Assembly: GCA_043767805.1 (NCBI GenBank)
Contig: JAYUGC010000154.1
Coordinates: 1 to 24,274, forward strand
Direction: 5' to 3'
Length of the DNA: 24,274 nucleotides
Source: Pseudomonadota bacterium
Lineage (GTDB): Bacteria; Bdellovibrionota; FAC87; UBA2466
The notes beneath the pieces were generated by a model. It was not told where the DNA came from, made no database searches, and saw only the letters and a list, made by a program, of their open reading frames with translations. A program made the position numbers and the translations under genes. Below, piece after piece: positions 8,162 to 16,704 of the stretch. Numbering within the stretch: position 1 is the first letter of the stretch; each line of letters opens with the position of its first letter.

Positions 8162-9658
8162 TTAGCTAGTTGACGCCAGCCGACTGGAGCCGGCGGTTAC
8201 CGCAACACCGCGGCTCAAGGCTTTGGGAACGGCGGCGGCAACCTCCTCGGCCGGCATTCCTTCCCCCAATAGACCGATGGCCAAACTCTGGACTTCGCCG
8301 GCGGAACGAGACAAGCCGTGAGGGCGCACGAAGCTCGTAACGAAGCGCTGGCGATTCGCCTGCTTCGGATCCTTGCCCGCGATGACCTGGCTGATTCTCG
8401 CAAGGCTATCGGGCACCCCTTTTTCGACGTACAGCACGTCGGCATTGAGCAGATGCTGAAAATGATTTGCCTTGTCCTGAGTCGCCTCGTATTGGCTCAC
8501 CGCCAGCGCAATGGACGGGCTATCGACGATAACAGCCTCTAGCATCGCTGAAGTATTGATACCTATCGTAAGCGCGGCCTGGCTCAAAGAGAGATAGAGG
8601 TCGCGCACGGATTCGACGCTCTCGGGCACTCCCAGCTGAAACTCGAAAGGCGGCTTCGGCCAAAGGAACACATTGGGCTCTTTTAGCCCGAGGTAAGCTT
8701 CGAAATTGGCCGGATGAGGACGAGCCAATATCTGCAGACGATTGAGCTTCGGATCGTCACTGGCCGCCAAAGCCCGAGCCAGATCCCGGATGAGCCAGGT
8801 TTCGTCGGGCGCGATATTCTTGGAAGAGCCCAAATACGTGAGGAAGGGACGCGTCTCGTCCATGCCGATGCGCTGGCAATAGGCGACCAACTCTTCTTTC
8901 GGGACACAAGCCTGCGAAAACCATTTGTCGAAAAAGGGAGAGCCCGAATTGAGGCAACGGCTAGGTGAAATCCCATGGATCCGGATCGCCTCGTCGGCAT
9001 GGGCCTGATTCCACGCAAGCACGAGGCTCGGTTTTACGTGCATCAAACCCTTCGTGGTCAGGTTGTCCCAGCTCAGCACCGGCACGGCGGTGGGAATTCC
9101 CATGGCCTTGGCGGCCTTCACGTACTCGACCTCTTCCGAGAAGCGCATGTCGACTGGGGAAGCAACGACGACGTCCGGCGAAAGCTTCTTGAGAAACTGA
9201 ACGATTTTGGGATCGGCCGGAACGAAGGACTCCACCGCGCGCACACCCAAGTCGAACAGCCGGCTCCCAATGATCTGCCGAAGCAATGCGCCGACCCGGC
9301 GGCGAGCAAGGCGCGTTTGCATGGGTTTCGAAAGGTAGCTGCGCCACCGATTCAAATAGAAAGCAGACTGCTCTTTCCGGCGCAGATAGCTGGAGTAAGA
9401 CCGGAGCTCTCTCAAAGGAAATAGGAACTTGCGGTAGCCGTCTTTTCTCAATACCGCCCACTGAAACGGGGCGACCCCGCGCTTTGCAATCCAGGCGTTC
9501 ACATGTTCGGTGGAGCGCTCGCGGCTCCAACGGGGATCGAAAACCAAAGTCAGCTCGCAGCCGCGGTCCACCAGACCGTCGAGAGTCGTCACGTGGTACG
9601 GGAAATGCGCCAAAGAGCGCATTACGTAAATCACTCGCACCTTTTTTTCCTGCGCCAT
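8162..9658 (-). CDS. GT-B-like 'SWDNLTTKG' protein, putative CMP-ulosonate transferase (paralog 1)
   Basis: Motifs SWDNLTTKG, GSPFFDKW, RPHP, GINTSAMLEA. The ATG at 9658 is preferred over the TTG at 9673 because GGGAG precedes it. Confidence 0.7.
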   Translation of the reverse strand: MAQEKKVRVIYVMRSLAHFPYHVTTLDGLVDRGCELTLVFDPRWSRERSTEHVNAWIAKRGVAPFQWAVLRKDGYRKFLFPLRELRSYSSYLRRKEQSAFYLNRWRSYLSKPMQTRLARRRVGALLRQIIGSRLFDLGVRAVESFVPADPKIVQFLKKLSPDVVVASPVDMRFSEEVEYVKAAKAMGIPTAVPVLSWDNLTTKGLMHVKPSLVLAWNQAHADEAIRIHGISPSRCLNSGSPFFDKWFSQACVPKEELVAYCQRIGMDETRPFLTYLGSSKNIAPDETWLIRDLARALAASDDPKLNRLQILARPHPANFEAYLGLKEPNVFLWPKPPFEFQLGVPESVESVRDLYLSLSQAALTIGINTSAMLEAVIVDSPSIALAVSQYEATQDKANHFQHLLNADVLYVEKGVPDSLARISQVIAGKDPKQANRQRFVTSFVRPHGLSRSAGEVQSLAIGLLGEGMPAEEVAAAVPKALSRGVAVTAGSSRLASTS

Positions 9659-9691
9659 ACTCAAATCTCCCAATCGCGAAACCGAAACAGC

Positions 9692-11131
9692 CTACACCGG
9701 GACCCGCTCAGGCTCCAAGCCTCGAAGCTTCGTCTGCGGGGCCTCACTCAAGCCAACCAAAAGCTCGGTCAGAGCCGATGCCGCGGTGGCTCCGGCGGAC
9801 ACTTTCAGGCCCTGAGGCCGGACCAGACGGAGGACCAGTTCCAGACGGGCGCCGGCCTTGGTATCGCCCGCTCCTTGAAAATGGCGCTCTAACCAGCAAA
9901 CGGCTGCTTTCGGCCCGTCCACGATTTCCAGAGCGTCCGACTTGAGCAACTCCTGAAAGTGCTGGGCGTCGGCTTGCGTGCCCCGGCGGCTTTCCTGAAG
10001 CCAGCATAAGCACGGGTGATCCAACGCCACCGCGTCCATCATTCCAGTCGTGTTGATCCCGAGCGTGGTTTCGCTGAAGATCACGCTCGCCACGAAATCC
10101 GCGCGGCTCGACGCCGAGTCGGGAAGCACGCCTTCCCGCGGCCATACGGCGACGCCCACGCGACTTAGCCCCTGAAAGGCAGCCCCGTTGGCGGGATGAG
10201 GACGAACTAAAATCTGCAGCTCCCTTACGCGCGCCTCGGCGCTGGTGGAAAAAGCGAGGGCGAGCGCTTCGACACTCGGTTTTCCCGAGGGCTCCACCGC
10301 GGGCGAGGAGCCGAGATAAAGGAGATAGGGCCGCGCGGGATCCAACCCCACGTGCGCGCAGAAGGCATTTCGGTCGAAAGCGGAGCGGTCGATCTCCCAC
10401 CACTTGTCGAAAAACGGAGAGCCCGTGACTCGAACGCGAGCTTCACTAATCCCGTGAAGCTCCACGGCCTGACGGCGGTGCTCCTCGTTCCAGACCAGCA
10501 CGCGGTCGGCGTACGGCGGAAGCAGACCCTTCGTCGATAGATTGTCCCAGCTATGCACGGCGACCGCGTTCGCAATCCCAAGCTTGCGGGCTCCCTTCAC
10601 GTACTCGAGCTCTTCCGACTGAGCGTGGTTCGTCGGCGAAGCGACGACGAGAGAAGGCTGAAGACGTTTCAGATGTTCCACGGCGCGGGAATCGGCCGGC
10701 AGAAGCTGCTCGAGCCACTGCAGAAACGCATCCACCCCGGGCACTCGTAGCGCAAAGTCCACGGGAAACCACCGTGCGAGACGGCGGGACCAGGGCATCA
10801 GGTTCCCCCGCCACCGCTCCCGGTAATAAGACGATTGGCCACGCCGGCGAAGGTAAGAGCCGTAACTTCGGAGCTCTCGCAGACCGACCGTAAAAGCGGC
10901 GAGCCTGTTCCAGAGCCTTCCCGCCACCCATTCGATCGTCACCCGTCCCCCTGTCGACAGGATCAGCTCGCGGCAGGCGAGGTCGTTCACGTCCTTGGGA
11001 TCGGTGGAAGGAATCAGCACCGTGACCTGATACCCCTCGTCGACGAGCGCGCGAATGGTGGAAGCCTGGTAGGAAACTACTTTGACCCCCTCCAGTGCGA
11101 ACAGAACGTGGCGGCCGGAAGTCGCTGTCAT
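9692..11131 (-). CDS. GT-B-like 'SWDNLSTKG' protein, putative CMP-ulosonate transferase (paralog 2)
   Basis: Motifs SWDNLSTKG, GSPFFDKW, RPHP, GINTTGMMDA. ATGA overlap with the neuA stop. Confidence 0.7.
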   Translation of the reverse strand: MTATSGRHVLFALEGVKVVSYQASTIRALVDEGYQVTVLIPSTDPKDVNDLACRELILSTGGRVTIEWVAGRLWNRLAAFTVGLRELRSYGSYLRRRGQSSYYRERWRGNLMPWSRRLARWFPVDFALRVPGVDAFLQWLEQLLPADSRAVEHLKRLQPSLVVASPTNHAQSEELEYVKGARKLGIANAVAVHSWDNLSTKGLLPPYADRVLVWNEEHRRQAVELHGISEARVRVTGSPFFDKWWEIDRSAFDRNAFCAHVGLDPARPYLLYLGSSPAVEPSGKPSVEALALAFSTSAEARVRELQILVRPHPANGAAFQGLSRVGVAVWPREGVLPDSASSRADFVASVIFSETTLGINTTGMMDAVALDHPCLCWLQESRRGTQADAQHFQELLKSDALEIVDGPKAAVCWLERHFQGAGDTKAGARLELVLRLVRPQGLKVSAGATAASALTELLVGLSEAPQTKLRGLEPERVPV

Positions 11132-11859
11132 CCGTTCCTGTCCCGGAGGAGAGTTTCGGCGAGGACGAAGTCGAGAGGCAGATTGATGTCTACCGACTCC
11201 TCTTCGCTCATCGGGAACGCGAGCACGTTTTTTCCGATGGTCGTCTTGGAACGATAGATGACGCTCGGCCGGGTGATGTAGATCGAGGCGTTCTGAATCC
11301 AGATCTCAGGCAGCTGCTGATACGCGAGCGTGTGCTTCTGCGAGCCGACGCCGCCGACGTAAGGATGGGCAAGCTTGCCCCTCACGGTCCACATTTTGTA
11401 CGGGTGCTCAGCGCACTTGCGAATGGATCGGAGCGACTCGGACTTCGGATTGGCGAGCATCTCGCGGATCGCGCGGTCGATGGACGCGCTCTTTCTGAAA
11501 GGCGTCGTCGGGTAGAGGTTCACGATGAGATCGGCCTCGTACCCTTCATTCTCTTTCAGCCAGTCGAGCGCGTGCCGGTGGAACTCGTACTCGGTGGAGC
11601 TGGAGCCGGCGAGATCCTTCGGACGCAGAAAAGGGACGTCCGCGCCGTATTTTCTCGCCGCTTCGGCAATGGCCGGAGCGTCGGTGGAGACCACCACACG
11701 GGTCACGAGCCTAGACTTAAGCGCGGCCTCAATCGTGTACGCGATGAGGGGCTTGCCGCCCAGATCCCGGATGTTTTTGTTCTTCACGCGCTTGGAGCCC
11801 GCACGCGCGGGAATGAGCGCGAGAACTTCGGGCCGCCGGGATGTGCGTGCGCGCGCCAT
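11128..11859 (-). CDS. neuA: Acylneuraminate/ulosonate cytidylyltransferase (CMP-NulO synthetase)
   Basis: Motifs ALIPARAGSKRVKNKN, GKPLIAYTI, VVSTD, PFLRP, PTTPFR, QNASIY, SVDIN...DF. Confidence 0.93.
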   Translation of the reverse strand: MARARTSRRPEVLALIPARAGSKRVKNKNIRDLGGKPLIAYTIEAALKSRLVTRVVVSTDAPAIAEAARKYGADVPFLRPKDLAGSSSTEYEFHRHALDWLKENEGYEADLIVNLYPTTPFRKSASIDRAIREMLANPKSESLRSIRKCAEHPYKMWTVRGKLAHPYVGGVGSQKHTLAYQQLPEIWIQNASIYITRPSVIYRSKTTIGKNVLAFPMSEEESVDINLPLDFVLAETLLRDRNG

Positions 11860-11862
11860 GGA

Positions 11863-13779
11863 TTATCTGGTCTCGGCGATACGGCCCGCGAGCGTGCGGC
11901 CGTCGAGCTTGTGGGCGCTAAGCGCTTCCCAAGGCGTACCGCAGGCCGGGAAGCCTTCGACGCCGAACTTTTGGAAGCGGATGTTTTTCAGCAGATCCTT
12001 CTCGTTCAGAAAAGCGAGGAGCAAATCGCCCAAGCCTCCCGTGGGAGAGTGATCGTCGACCACGTAAAGGTGCTTGCAGCCCGCGAGCTCGGATTTCAGC
12101 CAGTCGAGGTCGAAGCGGTTCAGCCAAGGCATGTTGACGACCTTCACGCTCAGCTTCTTCTGATCTTTCAGAATTTCCTGAGCGAGCAACGCTTCGTTCA
12201 GCATCACGGGCCCATAGGCAAAAAGTACGGTGTCTTCACCCGGGGTGAGCGCCACGCCCCGACCCGGGGATACGCGGTAGCCCGACGGGAGCGGGATGAG
12301 CCGCGGGGACGGACCAATGTTTACGCGCATCATCACGGAATGCTTGCTCTCCAAGACCGCCCAATGCGTCAGCTGACGAAGCTCTTCGCCGCTCGACCCT
12401 TGCACGATGGTCATGTCCGGAAACGCGGAGAAGAGAGAAATGTCGCGGATGGCCTGATGAGATTTTCCCGGACCGGCGGGAATAAGCCCGGCGTAGTGAC
12501 AGGAGAAAATCATCTTATTGCGCTCGGTGAGCGCGTTGTAGATCTGCTCATTAGCGCGTGCCGCGAGGAAGTTCGCAAACGAGTGCATGATGGGCACGAA
12601 ACCCTGGAGCGCGAGACCGCTTCCCATGGAAACCATGTCCTGCTCGGCAATTCCCATTTCGAAAAAACGCTTCGGGTACTTGTCCTCGAACTTGCGAAGG
12701 CGGCAATCAAGAGACAGATCGGCGTCGAGCACGACGAAATCCTTGTCCTTCTCCGCGAGCTCCATGAGCGCGTCGCCGTAAGCGTCGCACAGGAACTCTC
12801 CGCTCATCTTCGCCACTGGCCGCGCTTCGACCGCGGGCTCTTTGCGCGAAGGCGTGCCGAGGCCGAGACGTTTCCACTCGGACTGAACGCCTTCCCAAAG
12901 CTCGTCGTAAGCGCGGGTGTAGGACGCGTCATCGGGCGCGCCGGAGTGCCACTTGTAGAAACCATTGTTCGCCGGAAGCGCCGTCGGGTGTTCCATGAAG
13001 GAAATGCCCCGGCCTTTGATAGTGTCGGCGATGACGAACTTCGGCTTGTCGTCGAACTTGCGCAACGTCGTGAAGGCTTTTTCGAGCTGGTCGTAGTCAT
13101 GGCCGTCGATGCGAACCACTTCCCAGCCGAAGGACGCGATCTTCTTGTCCAGATCGCCTAAAGAATTGATGCGATCGATGTAGCGATCGCTCTGCAGCTT
13201 ATTGTGATCCATCACCACGGTGACGTTGTGCTGCTTTTGCGAAACAGTGCTCTGGAGCGCTTCGAAATTCTCGCCTTCCTGAAACTCGCCGTCGCCCGTC
13301 ATCACGAAGACGCGGCCTTCCCAGCCGCGCATCTGCTTGGCGGTCGCCATGCCGCGGGCTTTCGAGATACCCATGCCAAGCGATCCGGTATTGGCTTCGA
13401 TGCCAGGGATCTTGGTATCGGGATGGCCATCGAGACCGCCCAAACGGCGCAGCGCCAAAAACTTTTCCTCGGGGATGAGGCCGAGCGAATAAAGGACCGC
13501 GTACTGCCCGGGAGCGTCGTGCCCCTTCGACGAGAAGTAGATATCGCGATCGGGGTGCTTGGGACCCTTCTCCTTCACGTTCAAGTGCCGGTAGTACATG
13601 TAAATGACGATATCCATCGCGCTTAAGGAAGAACCGAGGTGACCGCTTCCGGCGCGCTTTACTTCGAAAAGCGTATTGAGGCGGGCCATTTTGGCGATGA
13701 GCTCCAGCTGCTCTTTCCAGTTGAGCTTAGCCGCCGCGACTTTTTCGAATTCCTCTTTCGGAATGAATTTCATTTCCAT
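11863..13779 (-). CDS. Single-chain transketolase-like ThDP-dependent enzyme with a non-canonical acceptor site
   Basis: Motifs SGHLGSSLS, SKGH, GHP, TGSLGMG, ThDP motif GDGEFQEG...N, TIKGRG, FEMGIAEQ. RBS GGGAG. Confidence 0.9.
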   Translation of the reverse strand: MEMKFIPKEEFEKVAAAKLNWKEQLELIAKMARLNTLFEVKRAGSGHLGSSLSAMDIVIYMYYRHLNVKEKGPKHPDRDIYFSSKGHDAPGQYAVLYSLGLIPEEKFLALRRLGGLDGHPDTKIPGIEANTGSLGMGISKARGMATAKQMRGWEGRVFVMTGDGEFQEGENFEALQSTVSQKQHNVTVVMDHNKLQSDRYIDRINSLGDLDKKIASFGWEVVRIDGHDYDQLEKAFTTLRKFDDKPKFVIADTIKGRGISFMEHPTALPANNGFYKWHSGAPDDASYTRAYDELWEGVQSEWKRLGLGTPSRKEPAVEARPVAKMSGEFLCDAYGDALMELAEKDKDFVVLDADLSLDCRLRKFEDKYPKRFFEMGIAEQDMVSMGSGLALQGFVPIMHSFANFLAARANEQIYNALTERNKMIFSCHYAGLIPAGPGKSHQAIRDISLFSAFPDMTIVQGSSGEELRQLTHWAVLESKHSVMMRVNIGPSPRLIPLPSGYRVSPGRGVALTPGEDTVLFAYGPVMLNEALLAQEILKDQKKLSVKVVNMPWLNRFDLDWLKSELAGCKHLYVVDDHSPTGGLGDLLLAFLNEKDLLKNIRFQKFGVEGFPACGTPWEALSAHKLDGRTLAGRIAETR

Positions 13780-13807
13780 AGCGTTCTCCCGTTCAAATCC
13801 GCCGCCC

Positions 13808-15277
13808 TCAAACTCCCGAGGGATCGACGACGTGGTAAATCACTTTTACGTTTGAATAGACGTCCAAAGCTTCCGGACCCGGCTCGCGGCCGCCGTTGCC
13901 GGACGCTTTGACTCCGCCAAAAGGCATGTGAGGCTCGCTGCCGTGCGTGCCGCCGTTGACGGTCGCCACACCAACCTGCACCCGCCGCGTGAACTCGAGC
14001 GCGCGGTTGTAATTGCGGGTGTGGATCGAGGCGGTGAGGCCGTAATCACAATCGTTCACCAAGGCGATGGCTTCCTCGAAGCCCTTTACCCGATAGAGAT
14101 TGGTGATAGGGCCGAACAATTCCTTGCGCGAGACTTCGTCGTCCGCCGAGAGGCCTTCGATCACGGTCGGTGCCAAGTAGTAACCGCCCTTGTGGCTCGA
14201 GTCTTCGAGACGCGCGCCACCCGAGGCGTACTTCGCGCCGCGTGATTTGGCGCCCGATAGCGCGGTCACCATATTGTCTAACTGGCGCTGATTGATCACT
14301 GGGCCGAGATCGTCCGCGTCAGTGCAACCAACTTTAAGCTGCGCGACTTTCTCTACCAGACGCTTACGGAACTCGTCGTAAACGGCATCGAAAACCACGA
14401 GACGGCTTGAGGCCGCGCACCGCTGGCCCGCATTGCTGAAAGAGGAAAGAAGCGCCCACTTCACGGCGTTATCGAGATCGGCGTCATCGCAAACGACGAG
14501 CGCGTTCTTGCCGCCCAGCTCGAGACAAACTTTCGCCAGACGCTCGCCGCCTACTTTCGCGATTTGGCGGCCGACATTCGTCGAGCCAGTGAAGCTAAGG
14601 AGAGAAATTGCGGGGTTCTCGACGAGCGCCGCGCCGACTTCGTGCCCATACCCGTGCAGCACGGTAAGCGCGCCGTCCGGCAAACCGACTTTGGTCAGAA
14701 TGCGGGACAAGATCCACGCGGTGAAAGGCGTGTCTTCCGAAGGCTTCAAGATGGCTGCGTTGCCGCAAACGAGAGCGGGAAAGACTTTCCAGGCGACGTT
14801 GGCAATCGGCGTATTGGCCGCCGTGATGAGCGCGCAAATGCCGACGGGCTCGCGAACGACACTCGGATACCGATTGGGCTGCGCGCTGACCGTCGTGCGG
14901 CCAAAGAAACGCTGACCTTCCCCGGCCATGAAAAGCGCGAGCTGAATGGCTGCTCCGGTTTCACCAAGCGCATCCTTCACGGACTTTCCGGTCTCCAAAG
15001 CGACGAGCTCCGCGATTTCCTGGCGGCGGGCTTTCATCTCGTAAGCGGCATCGAAAAGAATTTCCGCGCGGCGCACGGGCGTAAAGGCCGACCAGGTTTT
15101 GAATCCAGCTTTCGCGACCTGAATGGCCCGCTCGACGTCCGAGCGATCGGAGCGCGTCACTTCCGCAATGGCCTCGCCCGAGTGCGGGCTATATTTCGTG
15201 AGAAAACGCCCGGAAGCGGAAGGCGCTTCCTCGGAACCGAATTGATTCAAAAGCCGGCTGGGCCGATTTTCCTGCAT
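13808..15277 (-). CDS. NAD(P)+-dependent aldehyde dehydrogenase
   Basis: Motifs KPSE, FTGS, LELGGKN (catalytic Glu), NAGQRC (catalytic Cys), ELFGP, PFGGVKASG. RBS GAGGAG. Confidence 0.93.
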   Translation of the reverse strand: MQENRPSRLLNQFGSEEAPSASGRFLTKYSPHSGEAIAEVTRSDRSDVERAIQVAKAGFKTWSAFTPVRRAEILFDAAYEMKARRQEIAELVALETGKSVKDALGETGAAIQLALFMAGEGQRFFGRTTVSAQPNRYPSVVREPVGICALITAANTPIANVAWKVFPALVCGNAAILKPSEDTPFTAWILSRILTKVGLPDGALTVLHGYGHEVGAALVENPAISLLSFTGSTNVGRQIAKVGGERLAKVCLELGGKNALVVCDDADLDNAVKWALLSSFSNAGQRCAASSRLVVFDAVYDEFRKRLVEKVAQLKVGCTDADDLGPVINQRQLDNMVTALSGAKSRGAKYASGGARLEDSSHKGGYYLAPTVIEGLSADDEVSRKELFGPITNLYRVKGFEEAIALVNDCDYGLTASIHTRNYNRALEFTRRVQVGVATVNGGTHGSEPHMPFGGVKASGNGGREPGPEALDVYSNVKVIYHVVDPSGV

Positions 15278-15291
15278 CGCAAAGTCTCCTC

Positions 15292-16110
15292 TTACCAGGC
15301 GGTCCAGCCGCCATCGATCATGAGATTAGCGCCCGTCACGTAGGACGAAGCGCGAGACGCCAGAAAAATAACGGCGCCCGTAAGTTCTTCGGAACGGGCC
15401 ATGCGGCCCATGGGAACACGCTTGGTATATTCCGCGAGAAAGGCCTCGTCCTGCCCGTTGAAAACCCCCGCGGGAGTTAGCGTGTTCACTCGCACGCCCT
15501 TACGTCCCCAATAGGTCGCCAGATAGCGGGTGAGATTCAAAATGCCGGACTTCGTCACCGAGTAGGCGACCGGCTTGTACCAGTCCTCGCCTTTTCGGCG
15601 GCGGTACTCGTAAATATCTTGGTTGGGCGAGACCACTCCGTAGATGGAGCTCACGTTGATGATGCTGCCCGAGCCTCGCGCGGCCATCGCGCCGCCCACC
15701 ACCTGGCAAGGCACGAGGGTGCCCTTCAAGTTCACGTGGACGACCCGGTCCCACGAAGCTTCCGGATAGGTTTCGAAAGGGCCGTTCTCGGCTGCGGGCG
15801 CATCCGGGGGAGAATCGATGGCGGCCGAGTTGACCAGGACATCGGGCGTTCCCGCCCAGGCTTGAACCGCGGCAAGGCTGGCTTCGACGCTCGCGCGGTT
15901 GGTGATATCTACGCGAAAGAGCTTTAAACGGTCGGCTTCCACGAGAGAAGACCAGTTTGGGTGAGTCGGAGAGCGTGGTTCTGACGCGACGTCCCATGAG
16001 GCGATGCGGGCGCCGAAATCCCCGAGAACCGAGCAGAAGTGCTGGCCCAAAAGGCCGCACGCCCCGGTCACCACAGCCACCTTACCGTCGAGTGAAAACA
16101 AGTCCTTCAT
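15292..16110 (-). CDS. Short-chain dehydrogenase/reductase (classical SDR)
   Basis: Motifs TGACGLLG, VNSAA, SSIYG, catalytic YSVTK, VRVN, IDGGWTAW. Confidence 0.92.
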   Translation of the reverse strand: MKDLFSLDGKVAVVTGACGLLGQHFCSVLGDFGARIASWDVASEPRSPTHPNWSSLVEADRLKLFRVDITNRASVEASLAAVQAWAGTPDVLVNSAAIDSPPDAPAAENGPFETYPEASWDRVVHVNLKGTLVPCQVVGGAMAARGSGSIINVSSIYGVVSPNQDIYEYRRRKGEDWYKPVAYSVTKSGILNLTRYLATYWGRKGVRVNTLTPAGVFNGQDEAFLAEYTKRVPMGRMARSEELTGAVIFLASRASSYVTGANLMIDGGWTAW

Positions 16111-16155
16111 GAAGCTTCGGAATCCGTTTCTAGGTATCGCGGGCGACCCTGAACT

Positions 16156-16704
16156 TCAAACCTTTTCCCAGCCAAAGAAGTGGGCCCAAGGCCCCTCGGA
16201 AACGGGCAGATCGTGGCGGGCGCAGTAGACGGTTTCGCAAAATTCCCGAAGCGCTCCCCGGCCTCCCGCGTGCTTCAAGATCCAGAACGCCGACGCCCGG
16301 GCTTCAGGGAAGGCATCACTGACCACTACCGGCAGACCGACGCGGCGGAGACAGGGAACGTCGTTTACATCATTACCGACGAAGGCGACTTCCGATGGTT
16401 TGAGGCCGCGGTCAGTGAGGAACTTTTCCAAAAGGCTCCCCTTGTCCTCGCACCCGGAAATGCACTCCAACGCGAGCTTTCGCGCGCGGGCTTGGACGAC
16501 CGGATTGACCTCGGTGGAAAGAATCATCGCGGAAAGCCCACAGGCTTTCAGCAAGCGCATTCCATAACCGTCACTGCGGTTACAAACCACGCTCTCTATG
16601 CCGTCTTGATTGACGATCACTTCGTTGGTCGTGAAGACGCCGTCGAAGTCGAATATGACGAGCTTCAGCGGGCGTATCCGGGACTCGAGGCCAGCGCCAC
16701 TCAT
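16156..16704 (-). CDS. KdsC/YrbI-family HAD phosphatase (ulosonate 8/9-phosphate phosphatase)
   Basis: Motifs FDFDGVFT, DG, ILST, K, GNDVND, GGRGALRE. ATGA overlap with the neuB stop. Confidence 0.9.
   Translation of the reverse strand: MSGAGLESRIRPLKLVIFDFDGVFTTNEVIVNQDGIESVVCNRSDGYGMRLLKACGLSAMILSTEVNPVVQARARKLALECISGCEDKGSLLEKFLTDRGLKPSEVAFVGNDVNDVPCLRRVGLPVVVSDAFPEARASAFWILKHAGGRGALREFCETVYCARHDLPVSEGPWAHFFGWEKV

Noticed and set aside
7792..8169. Small ORFs in the gap upstream of the dioxygenase (7792..8169 +, 7800..8012 -, 7813..8016 -)
   Set aside because: No SD or recognisable motifs, and the three overlap each other. One could be real, but none can be supported from sequence alone.
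11095..13161. 688-aa + strand ORF
   Set aside because: Antisense shadow of the transketolase and neuA genes, which share a reading frame. Stop-poor antisense frames are expected in GC-rich coding DNA, and it has no recognisable motifs.
11863..13779. Housekeeping transketolase (tktA) or DXS assignment
   Set aside because: The operon context and the apparent loss of the DGxTH Asp and phosphate-binding residues argue against it, so no gene symbol was given.
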